Source: a virus (Duplodnaviria; Caudoviricetes). Taken from it: 40,643 nucleotides of DNA. Both the position numbers and the translations under genes were made by a program. The stretch spans positions 1 to 40,643 of the IMG/VR virus record IMGVR_UViG_3300048856_000121, one strand, 5' to 3'. Positions 27,843 through 35,978 of the stretch are shown here, one piece after another. How positions within the stretch are numbered: position 1 is the stretch's first letter; each line of letters starts with the position of its first letter. The notes below the pieces were generated by a model, which saw only the letters and a list, made by a program, of their open reading frames with translations, ran no database searches and was not told where the DNA came from.

Positions 27843-28196
27843 TCATCGAGGCGCTGAGGGCTGTCTGCGGTTCCAGGGGTGGGTCGGATCGAGTGGCCGT
27901 CCAGAGGCGTCAAAGCCCCGCACAGCGAGCCTGCCGCCGTTGCGTCGCTGCCCGTTGGCCAGCTCCTTCACGCTCCGGTCGTGGGGGCCGCAGAGGGTGC
28001 GCAGGTTGGCCAGGGTGTCATGCTGCGTCAGACCCACCGCGCCACGAGGCCGGGCCTTCACATGGTCGCAGGTCAGTTCCTGCGTCGGCGTCCGGCAGCC
28101 CAGCACCACGCAGCGGAAGCCGTCACGCCGGAAGCACTGTTCCCGCAGAGCCAGCCACTCGGGCGAGCCATAGAAAGGATCGCGCACCTTTGGCAT
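27843..28196 (-). CDS. HNH endonuclease (HK97 gp74-like, packaging-associated)
   Basis: FYGSPEW..LR, C..C, DHVK, NLRTLCGPHD, GFDASGRPLDPTHPW. Confidence 0.9.
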   Translation of the reverse strand: MPKVRDPFYGSPEWLALREQCFRRDGFRCVVLGCRTPTQELTCDHVKARPRGAVGLTQHDTLANLRTLCGPHDRSVKELANGQRRNGGRLAVRGFDASGRPLDPTHPWNRRQPSAPR

Positions 28197-28251
28197 TCTC
28201 GCGCTTTACCTGCTCTGTTGCTCGCGGCGGGATGGAAGCGAAGGGTAAGGA

Positions 28252-28503
28252 ATGCCTCACAACAGCAGTGCAAGGGTCGTGCTCGCAGTCTTCGGCTCGA
28301 CAGGGACGGAACCGGGGACCGCGCTCACAATCAACGAAGCACGGCCCATTGCGCGCCGCATGGGGGTGGCACAAAGGACGCTCATCGATGGCGCCATAGC
28401 AGGAACCAACCTGGGCTGGTTCAAGCTGGGGGGCACCAGCGAAACCCTGATCCTTACTGCTGCCGGCGCTGCCGAGCTGCGGAAAGGTCCAAGCCCGTCC
28501 TAG
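28252..28503 (+). CDS. Hypothetical winged-helix-like protein (antisense moron)
   Basis: AAGG SD; GWFKL...LILTAAG wing-like motif. Confidence 0.55.
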   Translation: MPHNSSARVVLAVFGSTGTEPGTALTINEARPIARRMGVAQRTLIDGAIAGTNLGWFKLGGTSETLILTAAGAAELRKGPSPS

Positions 28504-28528
28504 AGGCTGCCAGTCTCCAGATACGACA

Positions 28529-28558
28529 AAGCCCCAGAAGCGTGGGCTCCTAGGGCTT
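28529..28558 (-). terminator. Hairpin between the early operon and packaging genes
   Basis: Minus-strand AAGCCCUAGGAGC-CCAC-GCUUCUGGGGCUU; both mismatches become G-U pairs only on the minus strand. Confidence 0.55.
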
Positions 28559-28605
28559 CTAATCTGCTCAGCCCAAAATCTGGGCGCGCGAAAGGCCCGC
28601 CAGAT

Positions 28606-29124
28606 TTACGCTCTCGCCTGAGTGTTTGCAAGGGCTATTCGCTGCTTCTTTGCTTGGCTCGGGGTCAGGTCCACATCGACGTGTCGGCGGCGCCTGACAT
28701 CTGCCATGGCTGCCTCCAAGGCAGACTTGGCTGCAGACAGATTGCCCTCCACCCACTCATCCTCTCCGATTGCCTTGCCAAGTAGGCGGAGCGCTTCGGT
28801 CTCCACTTCCTTGGCGGCCTCCGGAACTACTGGAACGACATGCAGCATAACCACCCGCAGTGTGTTCGCCCGCTGCTGCAGGTTTGTCGTCATTCCTATC
28901 TTCAAGGCGCCGTCGCGCCCTAGGGCGATGTAGACCCACGCCCTCTCCCTCTGCTCCGGAAGGTGCCCACGGGTAGTGAGCGGGCGCGGCTTAGGGGCGG
29001 AGACCCGACGCGGTTGCTTCAGGCGTGCCGGATCGAAGACAAAGTTCCTCAACCCGTTCTCAGGATAGTCCGGACGGTAGTCGTCGCCCTCCAGGAACTC
29101 CTGGCTCATCTCAGGCTCACTCAT
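28606..29124 (-). CDS. GIY-YIG (T5orf172-like) nuclease domain protein
   Basis: WVYIAL...LKIGMTTNLQQR...E...EW motif; GGAGG SD; ATGA overlap. Confidence 0.75.
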   Translation of the reverse strand: MSEPEMSQEFLEGDDYRPDYPENGLRNFVFDPARLKQPRRVSAPKPRPLTTRGHLPEQRERAWVYIALGRDGALKIGMTTNLQQRANTLRVVMLHVVPVVPEAAKEVETEALRLLGKAIGEDEWVEGNLSAAKSALEAAMADVRRRRHVDVDLTPSQAKKQRIALANTQARA

Positions 29125-29636
29125 TTGAGCCTCCATTCGTCGGCCAGCCAGCCCAGGGCCTCGCGGGTCAGATGGGTAGCGCCCAGTGGCACAGCCTCGC
29201 CATGGACGGCTTGCCTCAGCCAGTAGGCATGGCGCTCACTGCATCGCCGCCTCACGTCATCCATGGCACGCTGGTACTCACGGTATGCCTTGACGGCCGC
29301 TTCCACCTGCTCCTGCGTGTAGATGTCCTCACCCGCTGGGGTGTAGGGCTTGCACACTTCGGACGGGTAGCCCTGCGGCTGAACGCGCTCGATCTTAGCC
29401 TCATCCCAAAGCCGGCGGAGCTTGCGCATGGCTGCCTGCTGACGGCCAGACCAGCCGCCAGGGTCGGCAGACGAAGCCTGTAGAGGGCGTGGCTCCCCAC
29501 TCGGCCGAGTGATGGCCCCTGCGGTGTCGTGGGCATAAGCCGTGGCCAGATACCGATCCCGGTCACTGTCGGTGGTCACATGCGCCCGGCTCTGCATCGT
29601 CGTGCCCACGGGCAGCGTGAGGCTGTGTCGGCTCAT
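29121..29636 (-). CDS. Hypothetical protein, candidate late-gene regulator (Q-like position)
   Basis: Near the end of the early-right operon; ends LREALGWLADEW-like; GAGGA SD. Confidence 0.65.
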   Translation of the reverse strand: MSRHSLTLPVGTTMQSRAHVTTDSDRDRYLATAYAHDTAGAITRPSGEPRPLQASSADPGGWSGRQQAAMRKLRRLWDEAKIERVQPQGYPSEVCKPYTPAGEDIYTQEQVEAAVKAYREYQRAMDDVRRRCSERHAYWLRQAVHGEAVPLGATHLTREALGWLADEWRLK

Positions 29637-30292
29637 GCTGATTTCCTCATCTGTATATACGATTTAACTTGCGTCGCGCTGCGTTCGTGTATATACAAAT
29701 AGCCATGCGCTACTCCTTCGACCCCGCCAAGGCCGCCTCCAACCTCACCAAGCACGGCGTGGCCTTCGAGGCGGTGGAGGGTTTCGAGTGGGAGTGGGCG
29801 CTGGTGATCGCTGACGTGCGGTTCGACTACGCTGAGCCCCGCATGCTGGCCCTGGCGCCGATTGGGGACAGGCTGCATGCGCTGGTGTTCTCCGTGGAGC
29901 GCCGCGCCGTTCGGGCGATCAGCCTGCGGATCGCGAGCAAGAAGGAGAACAGGCTCTATGAAGCGGAAGCTTAGGATGCCGACTGACGCCGAAGAGGCCG
30001 CCATCCAGCAGGGCATCGCGGCTGATCCGGAGAACCCGGAGTGGTCGGAGGAGGACTTCGCCCGAGCACGGCCAGCCGTCGAGGTGCTGGGGCAGGAGAT
30101 GGTTGACGCGCTGGCGCGACGGCGCGGGCGGCAGAAGGCGCCGGTGAAGGAAGCGGTATCGCTGCGCCTCGATGCGGACGTGGTGCGAGCCTTGCGTGAC
30201 AGCGGCCCTGGCTGGCAGAGCCGCGTCAACGACACGCTGCGGAAGGCGGTGCTGGGCAAGGCGAGCTGAGGAGGGAGCGCCGGCGCCATCAC
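29633..30292 (-). CDS. Antisense bridge ORF spanning brnTA
   Basis: GTGA overlap at start with GAGGAG SD, ATGA overlap at end; product not protein-like. Confidence 0.35.
   Translation of the reverse strand: MMAPALPPQLALPSTAFRSVSLTRLCQPGPLSRKARTTSASRRSDTASFTGAFCRPRRRASASTISCPSTSTAGRARAKSSSDHSGFSGSAAMPCWMAASSASVGILSFRFIEPVLLLARDPQADRPNGAALHGEHQRMQPVPNRRQGQHAGLSVVEPHVSDHQRPLPLETLHRLEGHAVLGEVGGGLGGVEGVAHGYLYIHERSATQVKSYIQMRKSA
29652..29699 (+). promoter_or_regulatory. brnTA promoter with two GTATATAC palindromic operators
   Basis: TTGCGT (29669-74), 17 nt, TATACA; palindromes at 29653-60 and 29688-97; no SD, so probably leaderless. Confidence 0.65.
29705..29974 (+). CDS. brnT: BrnT family ribonuclease toxin
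   Basis: FDPAKAASNLTKHGVAFE, DYAEPR, RAISLRIASKKE. Confidence 0.93.
   Translation: MRYSFDPAKAASNLTKHGVAFEAVEGFEWEWALVIADVRFDYAEPRMLALAPIGDRLHALVFSVERRAVRAISLRIASKKENRLYEAEA
29958..30269 (+). CDS. brnA: BrnA family antitoxin (ribbon-helix-helix)
   Basis: RGRQKAPVKEAVSLRLDADVV...GPGWQSRVNDTLRK. Confidence 0.93.
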   Translation: MKRKLRMPTDAEEAAIQQGIAADPENPEWSEEDFARARPAVEVLGQEMVDALARRRGRQKAPVKEAVSLRLDADVVRALRDSGPGWQSRVNDTLRKAVLGKAS

Positions 30293-30600
30293 CGCCCCCT
30301 CTCCTCATCCTTCGCGGCTCCGGGCTGAGTAGCTCTAATCCGAAGTTTGCGCAGACGCCGGGCCGCCGCTTGCTCGCGCTGGGACCAAGGGGACTGCGAT
30401 GCCCCTGCCCTGGACTGATCAAAGGGTACAGGATCCCCGCTGGGTCGGGTGACGTAGGAGTTGCCGCCGAGTGCTGCGGCCGTCTCCATGATCCTGTCCC
30501 GGTCTGCTTCGCTCATGCACCAGGGCTGAGGTCCGGTGCCGACGCGGATGCTGCCGGCATACTCAGTGACATGGGCCACGCCTTTCCGGGTGACATTCAT
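30289..30600 (-). CDS. Truncated paralog of 29121..29636
   Basis: Shared DRDR...TRPSG.P.P...WS.R.QAA.R.LR.L. Confidence 0.6.
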   Translation of the reverse strand: MNVTRKGVAHVTEYAGSIRVGTGPQPWCMSEADRDRIMETAAALGGNSYVTRPSGDPVPFDQSRAGASQSPWSQREQAAARRLRKLRIRATQPGAAKDEERGR

Positions 30601-31067
30601 GCAAGCGCTCCTACCTCACGGAGACGCTTGGTTTCTGCCTTCACTGCGGTGGCCGCTGCCTCAGCCAGGTTCACCCAATGGGTTCCGTCCGCATCCATCT
30701 TGACCAGCAGACCCATTGCCCAGGCAGCGATGAGGAAGCTTCCCTCGCCCACATAGTAATCCTGCCCCGGGGCCAGGTTCTGGAAGTACCGCTCAGCTAC
30801 GTGCTTCCAGCCATAGGTGGAGCGCCGCTTGTTCACGCCCTTGATGCGGGGCGCTTGGTCAATGAAGCGGGCCGCGCGTAGCACCTGAGCCACGCCCCAT
30901 TCACCTGTCATCTCCGCCCGCCGCTCAGCCAGCCGTTCCGGCCCGCTTCGCCGCATGTCGTAGCCGTTCCAGTGGCCGCCCCAGTGCAGGTGCACATCCT
31001 GAGCGCGATACATCTCAATGACGGAGACCGCGTTCTGCTCGATCTCGGCCAGGGTCAGCACCTTCAT
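30597..31067 (-). CDS. Hypothetical protein, 156 aa
   Basis: STYGWKHVAERY...YVGEGSFLIAA; overlaps at both ends. Confidence 0.75.
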   Translation of the reverse strand: MKVLTLAEIEQNAVSVIEMYRAQDVHLHWGGHWNGYDMRRSGPERLAERRAEMTGEWGVAQVLRAARFIDQAPRIKGVNKRRSTYGWKHVAERYFQNLAPGQDYYVGEGSFLIAAWAMGLLVKMDADGTHWVNLAEAAATAVKAETKRLREVGALA

Positions 31068-31438
31068 TAGCCGGCACTCCAGAAGGGCTTCTTGCTGTTG
31101 GATGGCTCACCCGGGACCATGGCCCGGGCCCAGGCGCATTCACGGATCTGGGCGAAGGCTGCGATCGCCTGCTCCATGACCTTGCTGTCAGCGCATCCAT
31201 AGAAGACGACGATCTCGGAGAAGACCCACTCCGGGGTCATGGTGCGCTCGCCCTTCTTCAGCCAGTCGGTGAAGCAGGCCCCGTGCTTGTACTGAGGCTT
31301 GCGCCATTCAGCCGGGACGCCAGTGTGCATCCATTCCTTGTCTCGGCCGTCCCGGATGACGAACATGTCCGTCACTCGCCTCGCCTCATTCAGGTTCCAG
31401 CCGATGAGCGCTTTGGCTGCGGGGATGAGGTCAGTCAC
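31067..31438 (-). CDS. Hypothetical protein, 123 aa
   Basis: GTG start MTDLIP with GGAGG SD; coupled to neighbours. Confidence 0.7.
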   Translation of the reverse strand: MTDLIPAAKALIGWNLNEARRVTDMFVIRDGRDKEWMHTGVPAEWRKPQYKHGACFTDWLKKGERTMTPEWVFSEIVVFYGCADSKVMEQAIAAFAQIRECAWARAMVPGEPSNSKKPFWSAG

Positions 31439-31664
31439 GGATAGCCTCCACGGCGCTGGTGAGGCTGGACAGGGTCTCGTTGATGATGCGGAGCTGCCCG
31501 CCGACGAACTCCACCGTGCCGTCTGGACGGGCCAAATCCCGCATGTGCTGCGCCACCTCTTCCTGTGCCTGGGCAAGCTTGAGGATCGCATAGGCAATAG
31601 CGAAGTGGCCGTCCACTGTCGCCCGGTTGGCGATGATCTCTTCCAACGCGTTCTGCATGCTCAC
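31431..31664 (-). CDS. Hypothetical protein, 77 aa
   Basis: GTGA overlap with the helicase stop; GGAGG SD. Confidence 0.7.
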   Translation of the reverse strand: MSMQNALEEIIANRATVDGHFAIAYAILKLAQAQEEVAQHMRDLARPDGTVEFVGGQLRIINETLSSLTSAVEAIRD

Positions 31665-33562
31665 TCCTCCCCCGTTGCAATGCTTGGGGTGTCATGGAAA
31701 CCAGGGCTGGAAAGCCGGCCCGTGCGGACATCGAGCTTCAGTCGGGCCTTCTGATACCGCTGGCCGAAGGCTTCGTAGCGAGCCTTCCAACAGTGCACTT
31801 CAGGGAAGCCCTCATCCCGGCGATAAACCGTGACGCCGAGGTCCGCCTTGTTGAACCAGTTGGCGCCGCCGTTGATGTCGTAGCCATCGGCCACAGGATA
31901 GCTGCCGGTCTTCGGGTCCTTCTGCAGCTTGGTCGGGTGGGCCGCGATGATGATCCCCATCCCTTCCGCCCTGCCCCAGGCCTTGAGCTTCCTCAGCCAG
32001 CGGCCGGTGTACTGTGTCTCGCTCTCTTGCCGCGTGAACTGGTGCTCGAACTCGTTCCAGGGGTCGAGAACCAGCAGGCTGCGAGGATACCTGCGCTTTG
32101 CCTCCTCGGCCCTTGCCAGAACCCAATCGAGGGTCATCTCGACGTCCGGATTGTCGGACCATAGGAACGAGATGCGACGGGCGATCCATTCCTCAGCCTT
32201 CTGCAGAATGTCCTTGGGGACGTAGCCACCGGCCTCCCGCATTGGTCGCCCGAGGAAGACGGACGCAACACGCAAGGCCAGCGTCTCAGGCCGGTTGTCC
32301 TCCGGGCTGCACCAGACGATGCCGATGTCGTGCTTGGCCGCCGTATAGGTCAGCCAGGTCCGCAGCAGGCTCGACTTGCCATGGCTGGGCACGCCGGTGA
32401 CGATCGTGAGCCAACCACCGCCTGCCGGGATCTTCGCGATCTCATCCAGATTGGCGATGCCGCTGACCATGCCGGTCGGCTCCCGGCCGGTGTGCAGGAA
32501 CGCATGCAGCGCACCCGGCTTCAGATCGAAGATGCCCTCCAGCGGCCAGGGCTCCGCAGCCTCAATGGCAGCCCGCACTACCTCGGCACCGTGGTGCATG
32601 AGGACATCGTTGGCGTCTTTGCAGCCGTCCGGCCAAGTCACGCGCCAGCACCGGGCGCGGCCCAGGCGACGAGCCAGTTCCTCCGCGAGGTAGCCGCCCG
32701 GCACGTCGGCGTCCGTCGCGATGACGAACCGCTTCACCTCGGCCAGCACGTCGCCGCAGTTCTCCAGGGGGTCGAAGCGCTGGTCATCCTGCCGCTTGGG
32801 ATCATCCTCGCTTAGCAGCTTGTTCGGCGAGCCATCGGGCAGGCTGACCACCTGGCGGAGCCCGGCTTCCCAGCAGGCCATCACGTCCATCTCACCCTCA
32901 ACCAGGACCACCACGTCCGGGGTCTCGATCGCGTCGGCGTTGAACAGCGTGCGCAGGCTGTCGCGGTCCTGCATGAACTGCTTCCGGCAGGAGCGGAACT
33001 TCCGGTTCACCACCTCGCCGCGCCAACGGTAGGGGAACACGGCCGTTTCAGCCGGGGACCAGATCAGTTCACCCTCTCCGTCCTTCACGGGCTTGCCGTC
33101 CTCGTCCAGTTCCGGCCACCGCTTGGTGGTGCCGTACACGCCGAAGGCCGCCACGGTCTCCTCGCTGATCCCCCGCCGGGCGAAGAAGCCCAGCAGAGCC
33201 TCGTCACGCCGCTGCATCTCCGGCGGGTCCAGGACCGGCGCCACCGCCGGCGCGCGCTCGCGGCGGAGGAGGGGTTGGTCGAGAACCTGCGCCGCGCCCC
33301 GGCCATCGCTGATCCTGCCGCATCCGGGGACGATGCTGGAGCCCGGGCACTTGCCGCGGAAGCAGTGCCAGGTCGCGCCCAGCCCATCCGCATCGACCTT
33401 CACCGACAAGCTGGTTTCCTTGTCGCCGCACGCCGGGCAGACGACCTTCGCGTCCCGGCCAGCCACCAGCCGGGCCCGCCCCGCGCGGATGCCGGCCTCG
33501 GCGAAGATGTCCGCCAGGGTGTCGCCGACGACCAGGCGCTTCCCTTCGATGCGCTTGGCCAT
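31661..33562 (-). CDS. Bifunctional primase-helicase (Twinkle / T7 gp4-like)
   Basis: Zn finger CPAC...WHCFR..C; TOPRIM EGEMD and DAD; Walker A GVPSHGKS; LDPWNE; AHPTK; NKADLG. Confidence 0.92.
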   Translation of the reverse strand: MAKRIEGKRLVVGDTLADIFAEAGIRAGRARLVAGRDAKVVCPACGDKETSLSVKVDADGLGATWHCFRGKCPGSSIVPGCGRISDGRGAAQVLDQPLLRRERAPAVAPVLDPPEMQRRDEALLGFFARRGISEETVAAFGVYGTTKRWPELDEDGKPVKDGEGELIWSPAETAVFPYRWRGEVVNRKFRSCRKQFMQDRDSLRTLFNADAIETPDVVVLVEGEMDVMACWEAGLRQVVSLPDGSPNKLLSEDDPKRQDDQRFDPLENCGDVLAEVKRFVIATDADVPGGYLAEELARRLGRARCWRVTWPDGCKDANDVLMHHGAEVVRAAIEAAEPWPLEGIFDLKPGALHAFLHTGREPTGMVSGIANLDEIAKIPAGGGWLTIVTGVPSHGKSSLLRTWLTYTAAKHDIGIVWCSPEDNRPETLALRVASVFLGRPMREAGGYVPKDILQKAEEWIARRISFLWSDNPDVEMTLDWVLARAEEAKRRYPRSLLVLDPWNEFEHQFTRQESETQYTGRWLRKLKAWGRAEGMGIIIAAHPTKLQKDPKTGSYPVADGYDINGGANWFNKADLGVTVYRRDEGFPEVHCWKARYEAFGQRYQKARLKLDVRTGRLSSPGFHDTPSIATGEE

Positions 33563-34539
33563 CAGTGATACCCTCCGACGCCGTTCAGCGCCGGCGCATC
33601 CGCCGGGTCATGGTCGAGCAGCAACGCCTGCTCCCAGTCGATCCCCCAAAGCTCCCCCTTCTCATCGCGGGTCTTCGGGCTGAGGAGCCAGTCCAGCGAG
33701 GCAGCCCAGCCGCGCTCGTTCTCGCCCCGGTGGTGCGGTGAGGCAGCGCAGGCGCGGAACAGGTCGCGCAGGGCGCCGACGCCGCCGTGGGACTTTTCCA
33801 GCGCCTTGGCGATCAGCTCCGGCCGGCCCTTCTTCCGCAGCCCATCGGCGCGCGGCATCTTGCCCTGGACGCTGTCGTTCCAGGCATCCAAGACCGCCAG
33901 CATCGTCTCCTCGTCCGGGGCTGACTTGCGGGCCCGGCGGCGCGCCGATGCAGCTGCAGGCAGAACCGCCACCGAGGCGGGAGGCTGGAACAGATCATCG
34001 CCAGCCCCTCCCCCGCTTGCGGGGGGTAAGGGGGGAGAGACTTCTGAACGAAGTGAAGAAGTCTCTTCTTCCTTCTTCCTCCCTCCTCCTATCTGCGGAG
34101 GAATTTCCCCACTGGTTCCGAACTGGTTCCCCACCGGTACGGAACCACTACCACCTTCATCATCAGTGAGTTCGGAACCAGTTCCGACCGGGCGCACGTA
34201 CAGCCGCAGATCGTTCGGAAGCGGATGCACGTATTTGGGCTTCTTAGGGCGCTGGAACTTGCAGAAGTTCCGAATAGCTCCGTACTGACGGCCGCCTGAA
34301 GTGAACAGCCGGACCATGTTCAGGCGCTCCAGGTGGGGAAGCAGTTCCCCAACTCCGGCCGTCACAGCGGGCAGGTACCGCGCCTTGAGGGTGAGAGGCT
34401 TCACCTCGAACACCCCATTGTCGTCGGCCTCCATGAGCAGGCCGAGCCACAGCGGGATCGCCAGCGGGGCGTCGATGGTCAGCTGCATGAACGCTTCGTC
34501 GGTATGCAGGCCGGGGTGAATGCTGCGGATGCGCGCCAT
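33562..34539 (-). CDS. Phage replication initiator protein
   Basis: MARIRSIHPG...ADDNG...IRNFCKFQRPKKP N-terminal domain; C-terminal GENERGWAASLDWLL. Confidence 0.88.
   Translation of the reverse strand: MARIRSIHPGLHTDEAFMQLTIDAPLAIPLWLGLLMEADDNGVFEVKPLTLKARYLPAVTAGVGELLPHLERLNMVRLFTSGGRQYGAIRNFCKFQRPKKPKYVHPLPNDLRLYVRPVGTGSELTDDEGGSGSVPVGNQFGTSGEIPPQIGGGRKKEEETSSLRSEVSPPLPPASGGGAGDDLFQPPASVAVLPAAASARRRARKSAPDEETMLAVLDAWNDSVQGKMPRADGLRKKGRPELIAKALEKSHGGVGALRDLFRACAASPHHRGENERGWAASLDWLLSPKTRDEKGELWGIDWEQALLLDHDPADAPALNGVGGYH
34100..34190. repeat. Iterons of the putative replication origin
   Basis: ACTGGTTCC at 34111 and 34122, inverted GGAACCA at 34141 and 34174, next to a pyrimidine tract inside the initiator gene. 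Confidence 0.7.
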
Positions 34540-34540
34540 G

Positions 34541-34705
34541 TCAGTGCACTTTCCGCTGGGCAATGACGGCATCGACCATTTCTTCCGCCTGCTGGCGGCT
34601 AATGCCGAACTGCCCCATAGCCATCTCGACGAAGATCTCGCGCGGGAACTCGACACCACGGAGGTCGCAATCAGGCGGCGTCATGGGCTCAGGCAGCTTG
34701 CTCAC
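34541..34705 (-). CDS. 54-aa ORF with a DUF1376/YdaU-like N-terminal motif
   Basis: MSKLPEPMTPPDCDLRGVEFP...; GTGA overlap; stop 1 nt before the initiator start; not in the ORF track. Confidence 0.6.
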   Translation of the reverse strand: MSKLPEPMTPPDCDLRGVEFPREIFVEMAMGQFGISRQQAEEMVDAVIAQRKVH

Positions 34706-34821
34706 TGATCACCCCCATCACGGCCCTTACGGGCCTGCTCCAGGCACCACTGCCCAGCGTCAATCAGGCGTTCGCCCGTCCAGACCAGGACGTCCGAAGC
34801 CTTCCGCCACATCCACCGCAT
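34702..34821 (-). CDS. Hypothetical protein, 39 aa (MRWMWRKASD...)
   Basis: Stop overlaps the next GTG start. Confidence 0.4.
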   Translation of the reverse strand: MRWMWRKASDVLVWTGERLIDAGQWCLEQARKGRDGGDQ

Positions 34822-35146
34822 GGACTTTTTCCCTGGCTTCGAGCGCGGCCAGCTCGGCGCGGAGGCGCGCGGCTCGCTCGCGGATGAGATGAATTCGCGC
34901 CAGCCGAAGGGCATCTGCTTCCTCGGCTGGTATGAGGCGGGCCTGGCGGTACCAATGACCGCGGGCCCGCGCGTAGCTGAGGCCGAGAGCGCGTGCGGCA
35001 CGACCGATGGCCGCCTTGACGCTCTCGCCTGGCACGGCAGGCTCGGCGGCCTCCCGCACGATCTGCTGTGCTTCCTCAGGAACAGTGCACGACATCACGG
35101 CCCCCTCGGACGGATTGTCCGAGCTTGGAACTCGATTGGTGGACAC
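34760..35146 (-). CDS. CII-like HTH regulator (start uncertain, 35146 or 35095)
   Basis: SVKAAIGRAARALGLSYARARGHWYRQAR HTH; between cro and replication genes. Confidence 0.75.
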   Translation of the reverse strand: MSTNRVPSSDNPSEGAVMSCTVPEEAQQIVREAAEPAVPGESVKAAIGRAARALGLSYARARGHWYRQARLIPAEEADALRLARIHLIRERAARLRAELAALEAREKVHAVDVAEGFGRPGLDGRTPD

Positions 35147-35978
35147 CTCGAACAGCTCCTCTGTCAGGGTTGCTCTCGCCAGAGACGACAACCTGTTGGG
35201 CAGAGGAGTGAGGAATGGAGATAACCGCCGGCGTCAGCGAGGACGGGCGGCAGGCGCGGATCCAACTGGGCTGGTCTGAGGTTGCGACCCTCGGGCCAGT
35301 CGAGATGGAAGCCACGATCTGGAACCTGGTGGCGGCGCGTGCGGCCATGCAGCCACCGCGCCGCCCAACCTGCTTCGCCTCCATGCGGATTGTCTTGGGA
35401 GACGGCCTGCACGCCGAGAACGACGTGAACGGCAAGCTGTTGGCCGTGCACCATCCGGGGCTGGGCTGGGTCGGCGTCACGGTCAGCAAGGAGGACGAGA
35501 CGCTCATCACGAACGCCTTCACCACGCCGCCGGCGTCACCCATCATCTGGTGGCCGCGAGACAAGCCGCAGGATGAGCCGCCATTGGGGAGGTAGGCGCC
35601 ACAGCCAGGTTGCCGATGAACCACTCCGTTGCCGGAATGGTCCGTCGGCTTCACCATGGGGGTGCCACCTAACCCATGGAGACCTGAATGGCTGAGAAGG
35701 TAATCGTTCCGGTAAAGACCGACAGCGGATCGCCTGAGCGTGTGGCTTATGATCTGTTCCGTGACTTCGTGAACGCAGGACTGCTCGTGACAGACGGTGA
35801 CCGCGTGCGGAATGCCCTTGATCTGTATGCCCGCTGCCTGCGCGCAACGAGGGGGTACCGCCCCGTGGACGATTGATCGGTGGTGGCCGGCGCCCTCTCC
35901 GGAACGGCGCCGGCCATGACGAAATTCATGGCAAGTGAGGCCACGGACGGCGCGACGGGATTGGAGGCTTAGCATCAC
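35076..35978 (-). CDS. Antisense bridge ORF (300 aa) spanning two plus-strand morons
   Basis: GTGA overlap with the cro stop plus GGAGG SD; ends just inside the CII-like gene. Confidence 0.35.
   Translation of the reverse strand: MMLSLQSRRAVRGLTCHEFRHGRRRSGEGAGHHRSIVHGAVPPRCAQAAGIQIKGIPHAVTVCHEQSCVHEVTEQIISHTLRRSAVGLYRNDYLLSHSGLHGLGGTPMVKPTDHSGNGVVHRQPGCGAYLPNGGSSCGLSRGHQMMGDAGGVVKAFVMSVSSSLLTVTPTQPSPGWCTANSLPFTSFSACRPSPKTIRMEAKQVGRRGGCMAARAATRFQIVASISTGPRVATSDQPSWIRACRPSSLTPAVISIPHSSAQQVVVSGESNPDRGAVRGVHQSSSKLGQSVRGGRDVVHCS
35215..35595 (+). CDS. Hypothetical protein, 126 aa (moron)
   Basis: GAGGA SD; LLAVHHPGLGWVGV motif; strong codon bias. Confidence 0.7.
   Translation: MEITAGVSEDGRQARIQLGWSEVATLGPVEMEATIWNLVAARAAMQPPRRPTCFASMRIVLGDGLHAENDVNGKLLAVHHPGLGWVGVTVSKEDETLITNAFTTPPASPIIWWPRDKPQDEPPLGR
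35688..35876 (+). CDS. Small hypothetical protein, 62 aa (moron)
   Basis: GGAG SD; SPERVAYDL...LDLYARCLRA helical hairpin. Confidence 0.7.
   Translation: MAEKVIVPVKTDSGSPERVAYDLFRDFVNAGLLVTDGDRVRNALDLYARCLRATRGYRPVDD

Noticed and set aside
34115-34129. GTTC-N7-GTTC match to the alphaproteobacterial LexA box
   Set aside because: Arises from the 11-bp iteron spacing in the middle of the initiator gene; no promoter context
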